NCBI RefSeq assembly: GCF_037042905.1 | Contig: NC_087251.1 | Span: 2,482,001-2,546,000, forward strand | Origin: Lytechinus pictus | Taxonomy: Eukaryota | Direction: 5' to 3' | Length of the DNA stretch: 64,000 bases | In this document: positions 1 to 14,800 of the stretch, in pieces | Numbering within the stretch: position 1 is the stretch's first letter | Layout of the letters: every line of letters starts with the position of its first letter | Position numbers and translations under genes: made by a program | The notes under the pieces: model-generated | What the model was told of the DNA's origin: nothing | Seen by the model: the letters and a program-made list of their open reading frames with translations, nothing else | Databases searched by the model: none

Positions 1-1328
1 AAGGAGTGTTCCATGGTAGTGAACATTCTCCTCTTGTGTGGGTTAGGATCAATCATTGTGCATGCATGAGTTGTATATCTTTATATAGCTTAGAATCTCC
101 TCTTTCAGAAGGGCTACTTAACTAAAATTTCATTTCTAGCGACTTTTTGAGGGTTTTGTGACGCCTTGTCACATATTTTAGAATTCTGTAATTCAATTGA
201 ATTTTTTTCAAGATCATAAATTTGCTTCATTTGTTGTACATTCATTGACAAAAATATGTTTTTCTTTTTTCATTTAAAACCCATCTCAATGTTCACAATG
301 CATGCATGACTGAGTTCAAACAATGGAAACTGGTTCTACAGAATTTCCATTTGCACAAGCAAATGACAGGTTTTAGTGAGTTTATCTGACTTCTACTGAT
401 ATCTAACATGTGTAGGAAACAAAGTGCCTAAATATCCATCTTTTCTTCTTTCATACATTCTTTCATACAATTTTCCCAACAAAGCAGACAATGGGTTAAT
501 TTTTTATTCTGGGATGCACTGTATATAATAAAGTGATTGCTCATGTAAATCTTTATTATTATGGAATCCTTCAAGAACTTAAGTTTGAACATTTGAAAAG
601 TAATATATATTAATCTCATTTTGGACTTCTGTTAGACAAAATGAACAAGATGCTTATAGCATTTGAATTTCAATGTTTAATCCTGTCATTGAATATGAAA
701 AAAGTCTGTAAACTAAGCAACAACTCAGTGTTTTTGCATTTACTATTTTGAATGTCATGCCTGTGTATTCATTTATACATAGAAAGGAAGTCCTCCCCTG
801 TGTATGTTGACTGTTAGACAGCATCCTAAATAAACGTCACAATTCAGAGCCAAATGCAGTCCTTATCCTAAGACAACCATTAGCAAAGTACAGTCACCTG
901 ATGTGAGAGGAAGATAACATCCTTATTGTTCCATGCAAACCTACCTTGTTAACCAGGGTAGTTTTTTTTTCTTCAAAATGTGCCTTTTGGCAACATATTC
1001 TTGCCTCTTGTGCATGGATGAAGATTGGGAGGGGGGGGGGCTGACACACCTAAGCTGATAGGATATGAAGAAGATCAAGATATTTTTTATTAAGATACTG
1101 TGACATTGTGATGTTGGGTGGATTGAATTGCATTGCAATGTTTGCTCAAGACGGGATAGAGAGTGCTGACGCTATGATGGTGTGGTGTTTTGTGGCGTTA
1201 ATGCTATGCTAGGTGACGTCTGTAGCACTCCTTACACATCAATCATGAGGGCAGATATGATGGGGGATTGAAGAGCAGACAAGGTATGTGGGAAGAGACA
1301 ATAATAGAATGAAGGGCAGACTAGCTAT

Positions 1329-3944
1329 GAGAGAAGATATGATGATAGAATGAAGAGTATAGAAGACATGAGAGGAGTATAATGATAGAGTGAAGAGCAT
1401 AGAAGACAGGAGAGATAATGATAGAGTGAAGAGCACAGAAGACATGAGAGGAGAGATAATGAAAGAATGAAGAACATACAAGACATGATAGGAGATATAA
1501 TGATAGAGTGAAGAGCAGACATGAGAGGAGAGATAATGATAGAGTGAAGAGCAGACATGAGAGGAGAGATAATGAAAGAATGAAGAACATAGAAGACATG
1601 AGAGGAGATATAATGATAGATCAAAGAGCACAGAAGACATGAGAGGAGAGATAATGATAGAATGAAGAGCATAGAAGACATGAGAGGAGAGATAATGATA
1701 GATCAAAGAGCATAGAAGACATGAGAGGAGAGATAATGATAGAGTGAAGAGCAGACATGAGAGGAGAGATAATGATAGAATGAAGAGCACAGAAGACATG
1801 AGAGGAGATATAATGATAGATCAAAGAGCATAGAAGACATGAGAGGAGAGATAATGATAGAGTGAAGAGCAGACATGAGAGGAGAGATAATGATAGAGTG
1901 AAGAGCAGACATGAGAGGAGAGATAATGAAAGAATGAAGAACATAGAAGACATGAGAGGAGATATAATGATAGATCAAAGAGCACAGAAGACATGAGAGG
2001 AGAGATAATGATAGAATGAAGAGCATAGAAGACATGAGAGGAGAGATAATGATAGAGTGAAGAGCAGACATGAGAGGAGAGATAATGATAGAGTGAAGAG
2101 CAGACATGAGAGGAGAGATAATGATAGAGTGAAGAGCAGACATGAGAGGAGAGATAATGATAGAATGAAGAGCAGACATGAGAGGAGAGATAATGATAGA
2201 GTGAAGAGCAGACATGAGAGGAGAGATAATGATAGAGTGAAGAGCAGACATGAGAGGAGAGATAATGATAGAGTGAAGAGCATATAAGACATGAGAGGAG
2301 ATATAATGATAGATCAAAGAGCACAGAAGACATGAGAGGAGAGATAATGAAAGAATGAAGAGCACATAAGGCATGAGAGGAGATATAATGATAGAGTGAA
2401 GAGCAGACATGAGAGGAGAGATACTGATAGAGTGAAGAGCAGACATGAGAGGAGAGATAATGATAGAGTGAATAGCAGACATGAGAGGAGAGATAATGAT
2501 AGAGTGAAGAGCAGACATGAGAGGAGAGATAATGATAGAGTGAAGAGCAGACATGAGAGGAGATATAATGATAGAGTGAAGAGCAGACATGAGAGGAGAG
2601 ATAATGATAGAGTGAAGAGCAGACATGAGAGGAGAGATAATGATAGAGTGAAGAGCAGACATGAGAGGAGATATAATGATAGAGTGAAGAGCAGACATGA
2701 GAGGAGAGATAATGATAGAGTGAAGAGCAGACATGAGAGGAGAGATAATGATAGAGTGAAGAGCAGACATGAGAGGAGAGATAATGATAGAGTGAAGAGC
2801 AGACATGAGAGGAGAGATAATGATAGAATGAAGAGCAGACATGAGAGGAGAGATAATGATAGAATGAAGAGCATAGAAGACATGAGAGGAGAGATAATGA
2901 TAGAATGAAGAGCATATAAGACATAAGAGGAGAGATAATGATAGATCAAAGAGCATAGAAGACATGAGAGGAGAGATAATGATAGATCAAAGAGCACAGA
3001 AGACATGAGAGGAGAGATAATGATAGAATGAAGAGCACAGAAGACATGAGAGGAGAGATAATGATAGAATGAAGAGCATAGAAGACATGAGAGGAGAGAT
3101 AATGATAGATCAAAGAGCACAGAAGACATGAGAGGAGAGATAATGATAGAATGAAGAGCATAGAAGACATGAGAGGAGAGATAATGATAGAGTGAAGAGC
3201 AGACATGGAAGGAGAGATAATGATAGAACGAAGAGCAGACATGAGAGGAGAGATAATGATAGAATGAAGAGCAGACATGAGAGGAGAGATAATGATAGAA
3301 TGAAGAGCAGACATGAAAGGAGAGATAATAATAGAATGAAGAGCATAGAAGACATGAGAGGAGAGATAATGATAGAATGAAGAGCATAGAAGACATGAGA
3401 GGAGAGATAATGATAGATCAAAGAGCACAGAAGACATGAGAGGAGAGATAATGATAGAATGAAGAACATAGAAGACATGAGAGGAGATATAATGATATAT
3501 CAAAGAGCACAGAAGACATGAGAGGAGAGATAATGAAAGAATGAAGAGCACAGAAGACATGAGAGGAGATATAATGATAGAGTGAAGAGCAGACATGAGA
3601 GGAGAGATAATGATAGAGTGAAGAGCAGACATGATAGGAGAGATAATGATAGAATGAAGAGCAGACATGAGAGGACAGATAATGATAGAGTGAAGAGCAG
3701 ACATGAGAGGAGAGATAATGAAAGAATGAAGAACATAGAAGACATGAGAGGAGAGATAATGATGGAATGAAGAACATACAAGACATGAGAGGAGAGATAA
3801 TGATAGTGTGAAGAGCAGTCATGAGAGGACAGATAATGATAGAGTGAAGAGCAGACATGAGAGGAGAGATAATGATAGAGTGAAGAGCATATAAGACATG
3901 AGAGGAGAGATAATGATAGAATGAAGAGCATATTAGACATGAGA
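1329..3944. repeat. Purine-rich minisatellite with interspersed 36-bp and 41-bp units
   Basis: Unit GACATGAGAGGAGAGATAATGATAGAGTGAAGAGCA (36 bp), and a variant with an extra YAGAA (41 bp). Explains all ORFs at 1239-4083. Confidence 0.97.
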
Positions 3945-4394
3945 AATCAGAAAGAAGAAGAAGGATCGTGAGAGTGAGAGAGTAAGAGGGGGAGGGGTAT
4001 GGTAGGAGGAATAACTTGAGAGTATCTAAATATTCATTGTTTTCAACATTATATATGTTAAAGAAATCTGCAATTATATACATGTTCGTTAATCCTACAA
4101 CTATTCAATTCAATTTATTTATTTAACCATCAAAGGTATTAACAAAACAAGATGAGGATTCACAAAATAACACACACACAAAAAGAGAAAAAAAAAGTTA
4201 GAGCAAATACTTCAGAGATGGCTCGGAGACCCCAGAGAAGCAATGCTTATATAAAGGGGTCACCATAAGAAATGAAAACATTACAAATAACAAAATCAAA
4301 GATAATATAAATCACATTATTTATAATAAAAACAAAATTAAATTTCATATGGTTAGATCAAAGCTTGCAAAATGAATTAAAGTGAAAATCTTAA

Positions 4395-4979
4395 AGGAGA
4401 ATGAAACTCTTGGAGCAAGTTAGCTTTTGTGAAAGCAGAAAAATCAAAGAATAAGATCAACAAAAGTTTGAGTAAAATAGGACTAGCAATAGAAGAGTTA
4501 TGAGCATTTGAATGTCGAGATCACTAATGCTATGGAGATCCTCCCATTGGCAATGCGACCAAGATCTATGATGTCACAGATGAACAACTCTCCCCTTTTG
4601 GACACTGAAAATATACCCAAAAACATCTCTTTTTGCTCATTCTAATCATATGACAAACGATTCATCAATGATATAATGTTGTGAAACCTCTGTACTTGTC
4701 CTCTCATAAAGAGAACACCTCACCTTGTGATAGACTCTATAAAAGTGAGAATATAAGTAAAAATAAGTACTAAAGTAATGAGGGAGTTGTACGTGTGTGA
4801 CATCACAGATCTTGGTCGCATTGCCAATGGGAGGATCTACATGGCATTAGTGATCTCAATATTCAAATGCTCATAACTTTCTTATTATTCATTCAATCTT
4901 CCTCAAACTTTCAACAATATGTTTCTTGGATTTTTCTCTTTGATATGGATTCAGCTGGTTTCAAGGGTTTCATTCTCCT
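4395..4979. mobile_element. Kolobok-like MITE with long imperfect TIRs
   Basis: TTAA|AGGAGAATGAAAC...GTTTCATTCTCCT|TTAA. Inverted arms of about 190 bp, e.g. CCTCCCATTGGCAATGCGACCAAGATCT / AGATCTTGGTCGCATTGCCAATGGGAGG. Confidence 0.88.
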
Positions 4980-7900
4980 TTAAATTAAATTGAACTAAAT
5001 CAAACACTCATGCAGCAAAATAGGGGATAGGATGGAGGGGGGCACTAATGTATAATTTAAGATTACATGCCTTACTTTGGCACAAATCAAAATTTCCATC
5101 ACTGCAAAAATATCTCCTGATCATCCAAGTGTTAACACATTCCACATAAATATGGTATCAAATTATTTTGGAGAACATACTCTTTCACGCCATATATAAT
5201 AATTATGTGTTCATTACACAATTTTTCCTTAAATTGAGGATTTACAAGGTGTAATTTTTTTTTATTCACATGGTGTAACATATGTTTGAATTATGTGGTC
5301 TAAATAATTGCTTTGACTTCAGGCATTTATTGGACTTTTGGAAGGTTGACTTTAGGCAGAGTTAATTGTATACAGGTCGGGGACTATAGAATGTGTGTTA
5401 TATATCACAATTAGTCTCCAATGGTAACAGGTTAGTTAATAAAGACCCTTTGTTCACTCTTGTTATAGATTTATATAGAAAAACTATATAGACATAATGT
5501 TATTGAATTTACATTCAATTTTATGTTTGAGAAGTCTGTTTAGGGTATAATACCAATATGCACAAAAAAATTATAGAATCTTATTTTTATTTGCATAAGA
5601 GATTTTATTTCTATATTAAGCCCATTGAAATCCCAAATGTGGTAAATCTGTGGACATGACGTTTGCTAAAGTATGTTAAAGCTAAAAAGATTGCTTTCTT
5701 ATTTCAAATCTGAAATCACTTGAATATGATTTGACTATCTACTAATTTTTTCTGCTTTTATTAAAACCAGTGAAATATCAGGCAGACTTTCCATCATTCA
5801 TTTTTTTATAAAGATTAAACAACTTAATTGATAACGAATGAAGACGGATGTGATTTATTTGATTTTTGTAAATAGAAAGGAAGGGTGGCTTCAAATAAAA
5901 TGAGATTGCATTCATTTTAAAGGAAAGTGAAGTGAAACATGATGTAATGATAATTTTCAATGATTTTATGGATGGAAGGCTAGAACTCAAGGATGATACA
6001 AAACATGGCTCGTTGATTGAAAGAACCAAACTAAGTATTCTACTCAGACAGGGTGAGGTGAAACAGAGAGCGAGGGAGAGAGAGAGAGAGAGAAATAGAG
6101 AGAGGGGGAAGGAGAAGAATAATAGAGGGGAGAGGGAGAAAAATAGACATTAGGTAGAGAAAGAGAAGATGATGAAAAGAAATTTGTCATTATAGAGAGC
6201 AGTCTACTCCCACGCACTTTGTCACTATATGATGTAGGTCACATGTTACCATAGCAACCAGGTGATGTCAAAATTGGTTTTCTCCTTGTCTCTCATCCCT
6301 GGGCTTGATTTCTTTTATAGTGAAGGCCTCACTCTACATGAATGTAGATGCAACACAGAATTGAGAGAGGGGGGGGGGGGGGTGAGGAGCAAAGGGTGGA
6401 AGAAAAAATTATCTTATTTTATCTCTTCTTGTCTTGCTAATATTGATAGTATCAAAAGTAATAATCTTATTATAGTGTAATTACATGGATGATCATGATA
6501 ATAATTTTCACCCCCCTCCCCTGGATTGCTGGCAATATTAATGATGCTGCTGCTGCTGCTGATGATGATGATAATGTTAATAATAATGACTTTTAAAGGC
6601 ATAATAATATCAAGTAGCAGGAAAGCAAATAAGTTTATGAACTTTAATCAGAGAACAGAGGAGAGAAAGATGAAGAGCAAAAATGGAAGAGGAGAGAGAA
6701 TGGAGGAATGGGATGAACAGATGGGAGAAAGGAAAATAGGAGGGGAAGCAGAAGGAAATGGAAAGGAGAATAAGAAGGAGATAGTGTAGGAGCAGAAGCT
6801 GAAGAAGAGAAAATCTTAGTGAGAAAGGAGGGGCTATGAAAAAAAATTAAATTGCATGATATGAATTAAATCTTAAGGTTTACTCTGGTATAGCCTTGTT
6901 AACACCCCCTCCCCCTTTCTCGGTGAATCGGTATTATAAGCAACATTTTTTTTTTCATTATCATTTTTTTATCTCTCTGAGTCCATTGTTTTCATGTTGT
7001 ATCAAAGTGTCTTCTAGTGAAAAATGAAATTCATTTCAAAGCAAATGGTCTGGAAATTGTCTTTTTTTTTGGGGGGGGGGGTCATGGAAATCATACATGA
7101 ATGTGTTTCATGTTTATGAAAATTGTCCTTCAACCAGCTGTGCAGGTATGTATAGCATTCAGTTCGATTTCATTACTTTGTAAATCTGTATTATGTATTT
7201 CCCATGATCAATTAGTCATGGAATTTTAAATAATTCTGTTACAGAAGTTAAAGAAATTTTGAAATTATGGAAGTGTATGTTGTATTGTGACTTCATTTAT
7301 GATGTTTCACGGGTTACAATGGACTGAAAGTGCAAGAAGCTTGGTTTTTTTCTCTTACCCCCGGCCTATGATGGGAGAGATGGGAGGAAAACAGAGTAGG
7401 TAACCTTTGGTTAGATTTATGTGAGGGTGTGTGTGTGTGGGATGGTGAGTCTGAGAGAGAGAGAGAGAGAGAGAAATAGAATGAAAGCCAGTCAGAGAAA
7501 GTAAGTAAGATTATTAGTATCGTGGCCAGATAACAACTAATGCCAATACCGGCATCATCGCTTTTCATGTCACTCAATAGTGTGGGTCTGGAGTTACCAT
7601 GGTAACTGGACGATGTCGTCAGAGTCACACGCCGTTCCCAGCATGGTTTGTTAGGAGATGGGGAGGGCGGATGGATAAAGAAAAGGAGAGACGTAGGTTA
7701 GGGTAAACTTTGTCTGCTCCTCATCTATGGTCTCCCATTCTCCTTCTATTATTCATATACATGCTGACAAATTTTATTTGATGAGGCTGGCCTCTCCTCC
7801 TCTCATCATTACGACAGTCACCATCCTGTATGATCTACAGTACATCCCTCTACGTTACTCACTTCCCAAAGACTCTTTATTCATTATAATCATATGAACC

Positions 7901-9699
7901 TGTAATACTAAATTTGTTAATCCTCATAGGCTCAGTATTATCAACAGGGTCCTTTTAAGGTAATGGTAATGGTAATGGGGGGGGGGGGATTCCAACAAAG
8001 ATTTAAAAATCGACTAAAACTTACACTTATTTGTGTTTCATGTGGTATCACATCAAGGCATTGGTCAGATCAATGCTCCTAGGACCTGCAATGATGCGTA
8101 ATCACTAAGAAGAATGCGTGTTGAATAATGTGTGTGTTAGGTAGAAATGTTAAGTCACGCTAAAACTATTTGTAAAACAGCCCAGAAGTGGATCACATTT
8201 CCATGATTGGTTCACATTTCATCAGACAATTATTTTGATTCTTGCATAATTATACTTATGACCAGCAATGATCAGTCACATAGTATTATGACCGGTTATA
8301 ATACCGTTGTCTTTTAAACAGTGTGTTTTAACTGGAGTTATACTTTTTGATAGAAAAATGAGTATGTTTACACATGGCAAGGTAGACTAAACAAAGTTTG
8401 TCCGATGAAACAAAGTTTACCCATGTGGTCACCCAGAATTATGGGAGACCTTCGCCCCGTCTTACAAAGAGATAAGATAGATCAATCTCAATTTATCAAA
8501 ATAAGCATATTTAAGAAAAAGGAAGTTTAGATCAATTTCAAAGATTGTTTGTATGAATCTCAGAGCTCTTTAAAACATATTGAGTCCTGATGACTATCAG
8601 ATTGTAAAAACTTAATATGAAAGTTGTTTATGAATAAAATATTATCATAATTATATGAATAACACAATAAATTAAATATTGTTTGCAAATTTAATATGTG
8701 AATTTTTTATTCCATTTGATATAAAACCCATTATTATGCATTAGAGGTGATTAATGACTCACATGTTCGAGTATACTATGTTAAGATCTACTGTAGATGC
8801 AGTTTATATACAGCTCCAAGTCATATCTTTCAATTACATACAGCCATAATGAAATGAACTTTCTGATAATTTGGTTTAATTTTTTAACAAATCATTAGTC
8901 ACTGAAACTTGGACCTATATAAACTGTGTATAACGCCCACCTGCTTATAAATATCAGTCTCATATCTCTCTTGTAGGTTGAAACCCAGGTTTCTGTGAAT
9001 GAAATAATATGATAACAAGGGATAAAACTATCCCCAAATCCCTCATTTCCACCGATCCCGATGGTGGTTAGTTGCTCTATGCTTTGAATTACAGTGCCTT
9101 TGTTCTTTCCCTACATAGATGTGATAAAGCCCATACAGGCTGTGCTGTAATAGATACCCATGTCCCAGTTATGTGCAAGCTATTTCAGAGACCTGATCAA
9201 ACATGCTCAATCTGTAAATGCTTTACTTCCCCCCTCTTCCTGTAATGGATATTCCACCAACAAATTCATCAAGAAAACGTGAAATGCACTATTAGAATCC
9301 CACTTCTTTCAACATTAAAGTTAATCATTTAAAATGTTTAATTGAAATTAATTGTTATCCTAATTCGGGTAAATTAGATTGGCCCAAGTCAAGAGTCTTC
9401 TATAAGAATGTACATTCCAAGATGGATTATCATTGAATATCTTATGCCATACTGTGGTTAAATACATTTTTTAAGGATATGATTGGTATATATTTTTTCT
9501 ATTGTTGTTTTGTATTAATAATGTGAGATAAGGCCTACATTCCTACATTGCTTTGAATATATTTGTATGATTGACTGTTAACTATTTATTTCATTCTTTA
9601 TTTTACAGTCAGAGTATCCTGAAATTATTATAATGTAGATGATATACCAGGAAGAATTTCTTGAATGTTGAACAAGATTAACCCGGTTGTTTTGTTTCA

Positions 9700-9882
9700 T
9701 CCATTATCATTATCACCACCACCACCATCATCATCATCATCACCATCATCATCATCCCCATCACCTTCATTATCAACATCATCATTATTTTTATCATCAC
9801 CATCACCGTTATCATCATTATCTACACCATCATCCTCCTCGTCATCATCATCATCATCATTAGCATATTATCATTATCATCA
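9700..9882. repeat. Degenerate (ATC/ACC)n microsatellite
   Basis: Runs of catcatcatcac directly visible. Confidence 0.9.
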
Positions 9883-9885
9883 TAT

Positions 9886-10175
9886 GGGTGTATTGTGGTT
9901 TAGTAGTTCTGACTCTCGCCTTTCAAACAGAGGGTCACAGGTTCGAATCCTGGCCATGGCATGTTTTCCTTCAGCAAGTAAATTATGCACACTGTGCTGC
10001 ACTTGACCCAGTTGAGGTAAATAGGTACCTGCCAGGATTAATTCTTTGAATGTACATGTACTGAGCGCTGTTGAAAAAGTGGTAGCTGGAGCTGAAGTCA
10101 GGGTAATGATAGCAGCGCTTTGTATTTTCATCTGGCAAAAAGTACTTATATAAATTCTGTTATAATTATCGTCAT
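9886..10175 (+). mobile_element. tRNA-derived SINE, diverged
   Basis: A-box-like TGGTTTAGTAG, B box GGTTCGAATCC, body homologous to 53244-53536 (TCCTTCAGCAAG...GTGCTGCACT...GGTACCTG), AT-rich tail. Confidence 0.85.
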
Positions 10176-10223
10176 CATCATCATTTAATAAATGATTATT
10201 ATTCTTATCATTTGTTCATTCAG

Positions 10224-10329
10224 GTTGTAGTTACCAATCAGATTACAACACATTATACCAAACCAGTAGAACAGAATCCAGTTACCATGGAAACAGATGA
10301 TACTGAATCATTTTCTGTTGCTACATCAG
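10224..10329 (+). CDS. RAD51B: RAD51B internal exon (equivalent of human exon 8), phase 0 to 1
   Basis: ttcag|GTT...TCAG|gtaggc, 106 bp. Translates VVVTNQITTHYTKPVEQNPVTMETDDTESFSVATS, matching the RAD51B VILTNQITTH motif. Splices in frame to the next exon. Confidence 0.93.
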
Positions 10330-11135
10330 GTAGGCAAATCTTTATTTTTTTCTGTCCTTTTTTACCCTTGTGTCTTATCTTTTCAGATGGCATCTTTTTA
10401 ACCATTAAATTTTGCATAATACATGTAAGTATTCTTCCAGATCAAAATTATGTTTACCATGAAATAATAACAATTTTCACGTCTTTAAGTTTTTCTTTTA
10501 TATAGTTTCTTGTTCTCCCACATATAATTTCAAAAATGTTTTTCAAGCCGAATTATTAATGTTTAATTAAATTTTATATATATATGTTTTATTCTTGGAT
10601 ATCACCTTACAAGTCCGGGTCGAGGGATGGAAAGCCTGTGGGCAACAGTAATTTCTTTTACTTTTTCCTTCCCCATGCATGCTGGACTTGTACTGTAGAC
10701 ATCATTGTGTTTTCCCTCTTTGTACTCATGTATTTACTTTGTAACTTAATCTTTATTTTGAAATGACAAATAAAAATGTTAATAATACAAACATCTAAAT
10801 TATTTCCATTTTTAGTATTTTCCCCCATTTTCTTCTTTCTGTATTCTTGGATTTTTGTTTGCATTATTCTTATTCAATATTATGAGAATTGACTCACTAC
10901 TCCCCCACTCAATTTGCCCTCTATTGACCTGCTTTAATTTCTAGCCGATGGTCAAGCAATCACTGACATAGATCTCATTTAGATCAATCCTCCGTCTCTG
11001 ACCTTTCTATTATTGATGATAGTGATTAAACATCAATTAACTGCTACATGGTGTTTGGTGCTTATTTAGCACCTCATTTCATGTAGATACTCTCTGTACG
11101 AATGTATTCTTCCGTTGCTTTTTCCTTTCTATATA

Positions 11136-11764
11136 AACTGGGTTCCAAAAGAAACTTATCAAACTTCACAAGTGCACTACACAAATTCAACTCAGTCAAA
11201 ATGAACAAAATTTTGACACAGGCTAGCTTCAATAATCTTCACTAAGCACATGTCAATAATTAAGAGATTGGTTTAAAGGTAAAGAGACTGTAGCCCCTCA
11301 AATCAACTGGTTCTGGAGTCCAAAATCACAAAATGGCAAAAGAAAGACCAATGAAAATGAGATGGGATTGAACAAACTTACCAGTTTATTAAAGTTCACA
11401 GTATGACCTTTGGTATGTTTAATTGATTGCCTCAATAACTAAGAAATTACAGGAAGTTAAGATTAACATTTTAGACACACATATTGAGGTCAAAGAAGCA
11501 TAATGCATAAATGGACTCAATAGCAATTAAGCAAAGAATGACCATTTGGTTGAGACTGAAACTGAGACTTTTGTGATTATTTATTTTCTGGAACAATTGA
11601 TTTGAGGGGCTACAGACTCTTTGTTATAAACCAATATCTTATATATTGACATGTGCTTAGTAAAGATTAGTGAATCTAGCCTGTGTCAAAATTCTGTTCA
11701 TTTAAATTAATGGAATTTGTGTAGTGAGCTTGTGAAATTTCATAGTTTCTTTTGGAACCCACTC
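11136..11764. mobile_element. Tc1/mariner-like MITE with long TIRs
   Basis: TA|AACTGGGTTCCAAAAGAAACT...AGTTTCTTTTGGAACCCACTC|TA. Inverted arms of about 180 bp (CTAAGCACATGTCAATA / TATTGACATGTGCTTAG; TGTAGCCCCTCAAATCAA / TTGATTTGAGGGGCTACA). Confidence 0.85.
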
Positions 11765-11879
11765 TATTTTATTGGTTTTAAAACATACAGTATTTGAAAC
11801 TTTGTTTGTTTTTGTAAGGTATTAGAATGGTGACTGCATGCATATAGTTTTATTTTGTTTTCTTCATGACTTCCCTTTT

Positions 11880-14800
11880 CCACTCCTCATCCTACTCCAT
11901 CCTACCTCCTCCTACTCCATCCTACCTCCTTCAACCTCTATCATGTTCTCCCTTCTCCATCCCTCTTACTACTCTCTCATCCTACCAACTCCCCTCCTTC
12001 AACCTTCATCACGTTTTCCCATCTCCACACCCCTCCTACTCTCTCATCCTACCAACTCCCCTCCAACCTTCATCACATTTTCCCATCTCCACACCCCTCT
12101 TACTCTCTCATCCTACCAACTCCCCTCCTTCAACCTCTATCATGTTCTCCCTTCTCCATCCCTCTTACTCTCTCATCCTACCAACTCCCCTCCTTCAACC
12201 TTCATCACATTTTCCCATCTCCACACCCCTCTTACTCTCTCATCCTACCAACTCCCCTCCTTCAACCATCAACATGTTCTCCCTTCTCCATCCCTCTTCC
12301 CACATTCTTGTTCATCCTCCTCCCCTCCTTCAACCTCATGTTCTCCCGTCTCCATCCATCCTCCTACTCTCTCATCCTACCTCCTCCCCTCCTTCAACTT
12401 CTATCATGTTCTCCCGTCTCCATCCCTCCTACTCTCTCATCCTACCAACTCCCCTCCTTCAACCTTCATCACGTTTTCCCATCTCCACACCCCTCCTACT
12501 CTCTCATCCTACCAACTCCCCTCCTTCAACCTTCATCACGTTTTCCCATCTCCACACCCCTCCTACTCGCTCCTCCTATTCTCTCATCCTACCAACTCCC
12601 CTCCTTCAACCTCTATCATGTTCTCCCTTCTCCATCCCTCTTACTCTCTCATCCTACCAACTCCCCTCCTTCAACCTTCATCACATTTTCCCATCTCCAC
12701 ACCCCTCTTACTCTCTCTTCCTACCAACTCCCCTCCTTCAACCTTCATCACATTTTCCCATCTCCACACCCCTCTTACTCTCTCATCCTACCAACTCCCC
12801 TCCTTCAACCATCAACATGTTCTCCCTTCTCCATCCCTCTTCCCACATTCTTGTTCATCCTCCTCCCCTCCTTCAACCTCATGTTCTCCCGTCTCCATCC
12901 GTCCTCCTACTCTCTCATCCTATCAACTCCCCTCCTTCAACCTCATGTTCTCCCGTCTCCATCCCTCCTACTCTCTCATCCTACCAACTCCCCTCCTTCA
13001 ACCTTCATCACGTTTTCCCATCTCCACACCCCTCCTACTCTCTCATCCTACCAACTCCCCTCCTTCAACTTGTGAATTTTCATAGTTTCTTTTGGAACCC
13101 ACTCTATTTTATTGGTTTTAAAACATACAGTATTTGAAACTTTGTTTGTTTTTGTAAGGTATTAGAATGGTCACTGCATGCATATAGTTTTATTTTGTTT
13201 TCTTCATGACTTCCCTTTTCCACTCCTCCTCCTACTCCATCCTACCTCCTCCTACTCCATCCTACCTCCTCCCCTCCTTCAACCTCTATCATGTTCTCCC
13301 TTCTCCATCCCTCTTACTACTCTCTCATCCTACCAACTCCCCTCCTTCAACCTTCATCACGTTTTCCCATCTCCACACCCCTCCTACTCTCTCATCCTGC
13401 CAACTCCCCTCCAACCTTCATCACATTTTTCCATCTCCACACCCCTCTTACTCTCTCATCCTACCAACTCCCCTCCTTCAACCATCAACATGTTCTCCCT
13501 TCTCCATCCCTCTTCCCACATTCTTGTTCATCCTCCTCCCCTCCTTCAACCTCATGTTCTCCCGTCTCCATCCGTCCTCCTACTCTCTCATCCTACCTCC
13601 TCCCCTCCTTCAACCTCATGTTCTCCCGTCTCCATCCGTCCTCCTACTCTCTCATCCTACCTCCTCCCCTCCTTAAACTTCTATCATGTTCTCCCGTCTC
13701 CATCCCTCCTACTCTCTCATCCTACCAACTCCCCTCCTTCAACCTTCATCACGTTTTCCCATCTCCACACCCCTCCTACTCTCTCATCCTACCAACTCCC
13801 CTCCTTCAACCTCTATCATGTTCTCCCATCTCCACACCCCTCTTACTCTCTCATCCTACCAACTCCCCTCCTTCAACCATCAACATGTTCTCCCTTCTCC
13901 ATCCCTCTTCCCACATTCTTGTTCATCCTCCTCCCCTCCTTCAACCTCATGTTCTCCCGTCTCCATCCCTCCTACTCTCTCATCCTACCAACTCCCCTCC
14001 TTCAACCTTCATCACGTTTTCCCATCTCCACACCCCTCCTACTCTCTCATCCTACCAACTCCCCTCCTTCAACTTGTGAATTTTCATAGTTTCTTTTGGA
14101 ACCCACTCTATTTTATTGGTTTTAAAACATACAGTATTTGAAACTTTGTTTGTTTTTGTAAGGTATTAGAATGGTCACTGCATGCATATAGTTTTATTTT
14201 GTTTTCTTCATGACTTCCCTTTTCCACTCCTCATCCTACTCCATCCTACCTCCTCCTACTCCATCCTACCCTCTTACTACTCTCTCATCCTACCTCCTCC
14301 CCTCCTTCAACTTCTATCATGTTCTCCCGTCTCCATCCCTCCTACTCTCTCATCCTACCAACTCCCCTCCTTCAACCTTCATCACGTTTTCCCATCTCCA
14401 CACCCCTCTTACTCTCTCATCCTACCAACTCCCCTCCTTCAACCTTCATCACGTTTTCCCATCTCCACACCCCTCCTACTCGCTCCTCCTATTCTCTCAT
14501 CCTACCAACCCCCCTCCTTCAACCTCTATCATGTTCTCCCTTCTCCATCCCTCTTACTCTCTCATCCTACCAACTCCCCTCCTTCAACCTTCATCACATT
14601 TTCCCATCTCCACACCCCTCTTACTCTCTCATCCTACCAACTCCCCTCCTTCAACCTTCATCACATTTTCCCATCTCCACACCCCTCTTACTCTCTCATC
14701 CTACCAACTCCCCTCCTTCAACCATCAACATGTTCTCCCTTCTCCATCCCTCTTCCCACATTCTTGTTCATCCTCCTCCCCTCCTTCAACCTCATGTTCT

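Noticed and set aside
1239..4083. Long ORFs (SALHSIIISPLM and VKSRHERRDNDR repeats)
   Set aside because: They are translations of a 36/41-bp minisatellite. Several frames are open at once and the 41-bp units shift frame.
1..10223. Upstream RAD51B exons (Walker B region)
   Set aside because: No matching peptide with splice sites was found by eye; they are probably left of the window.
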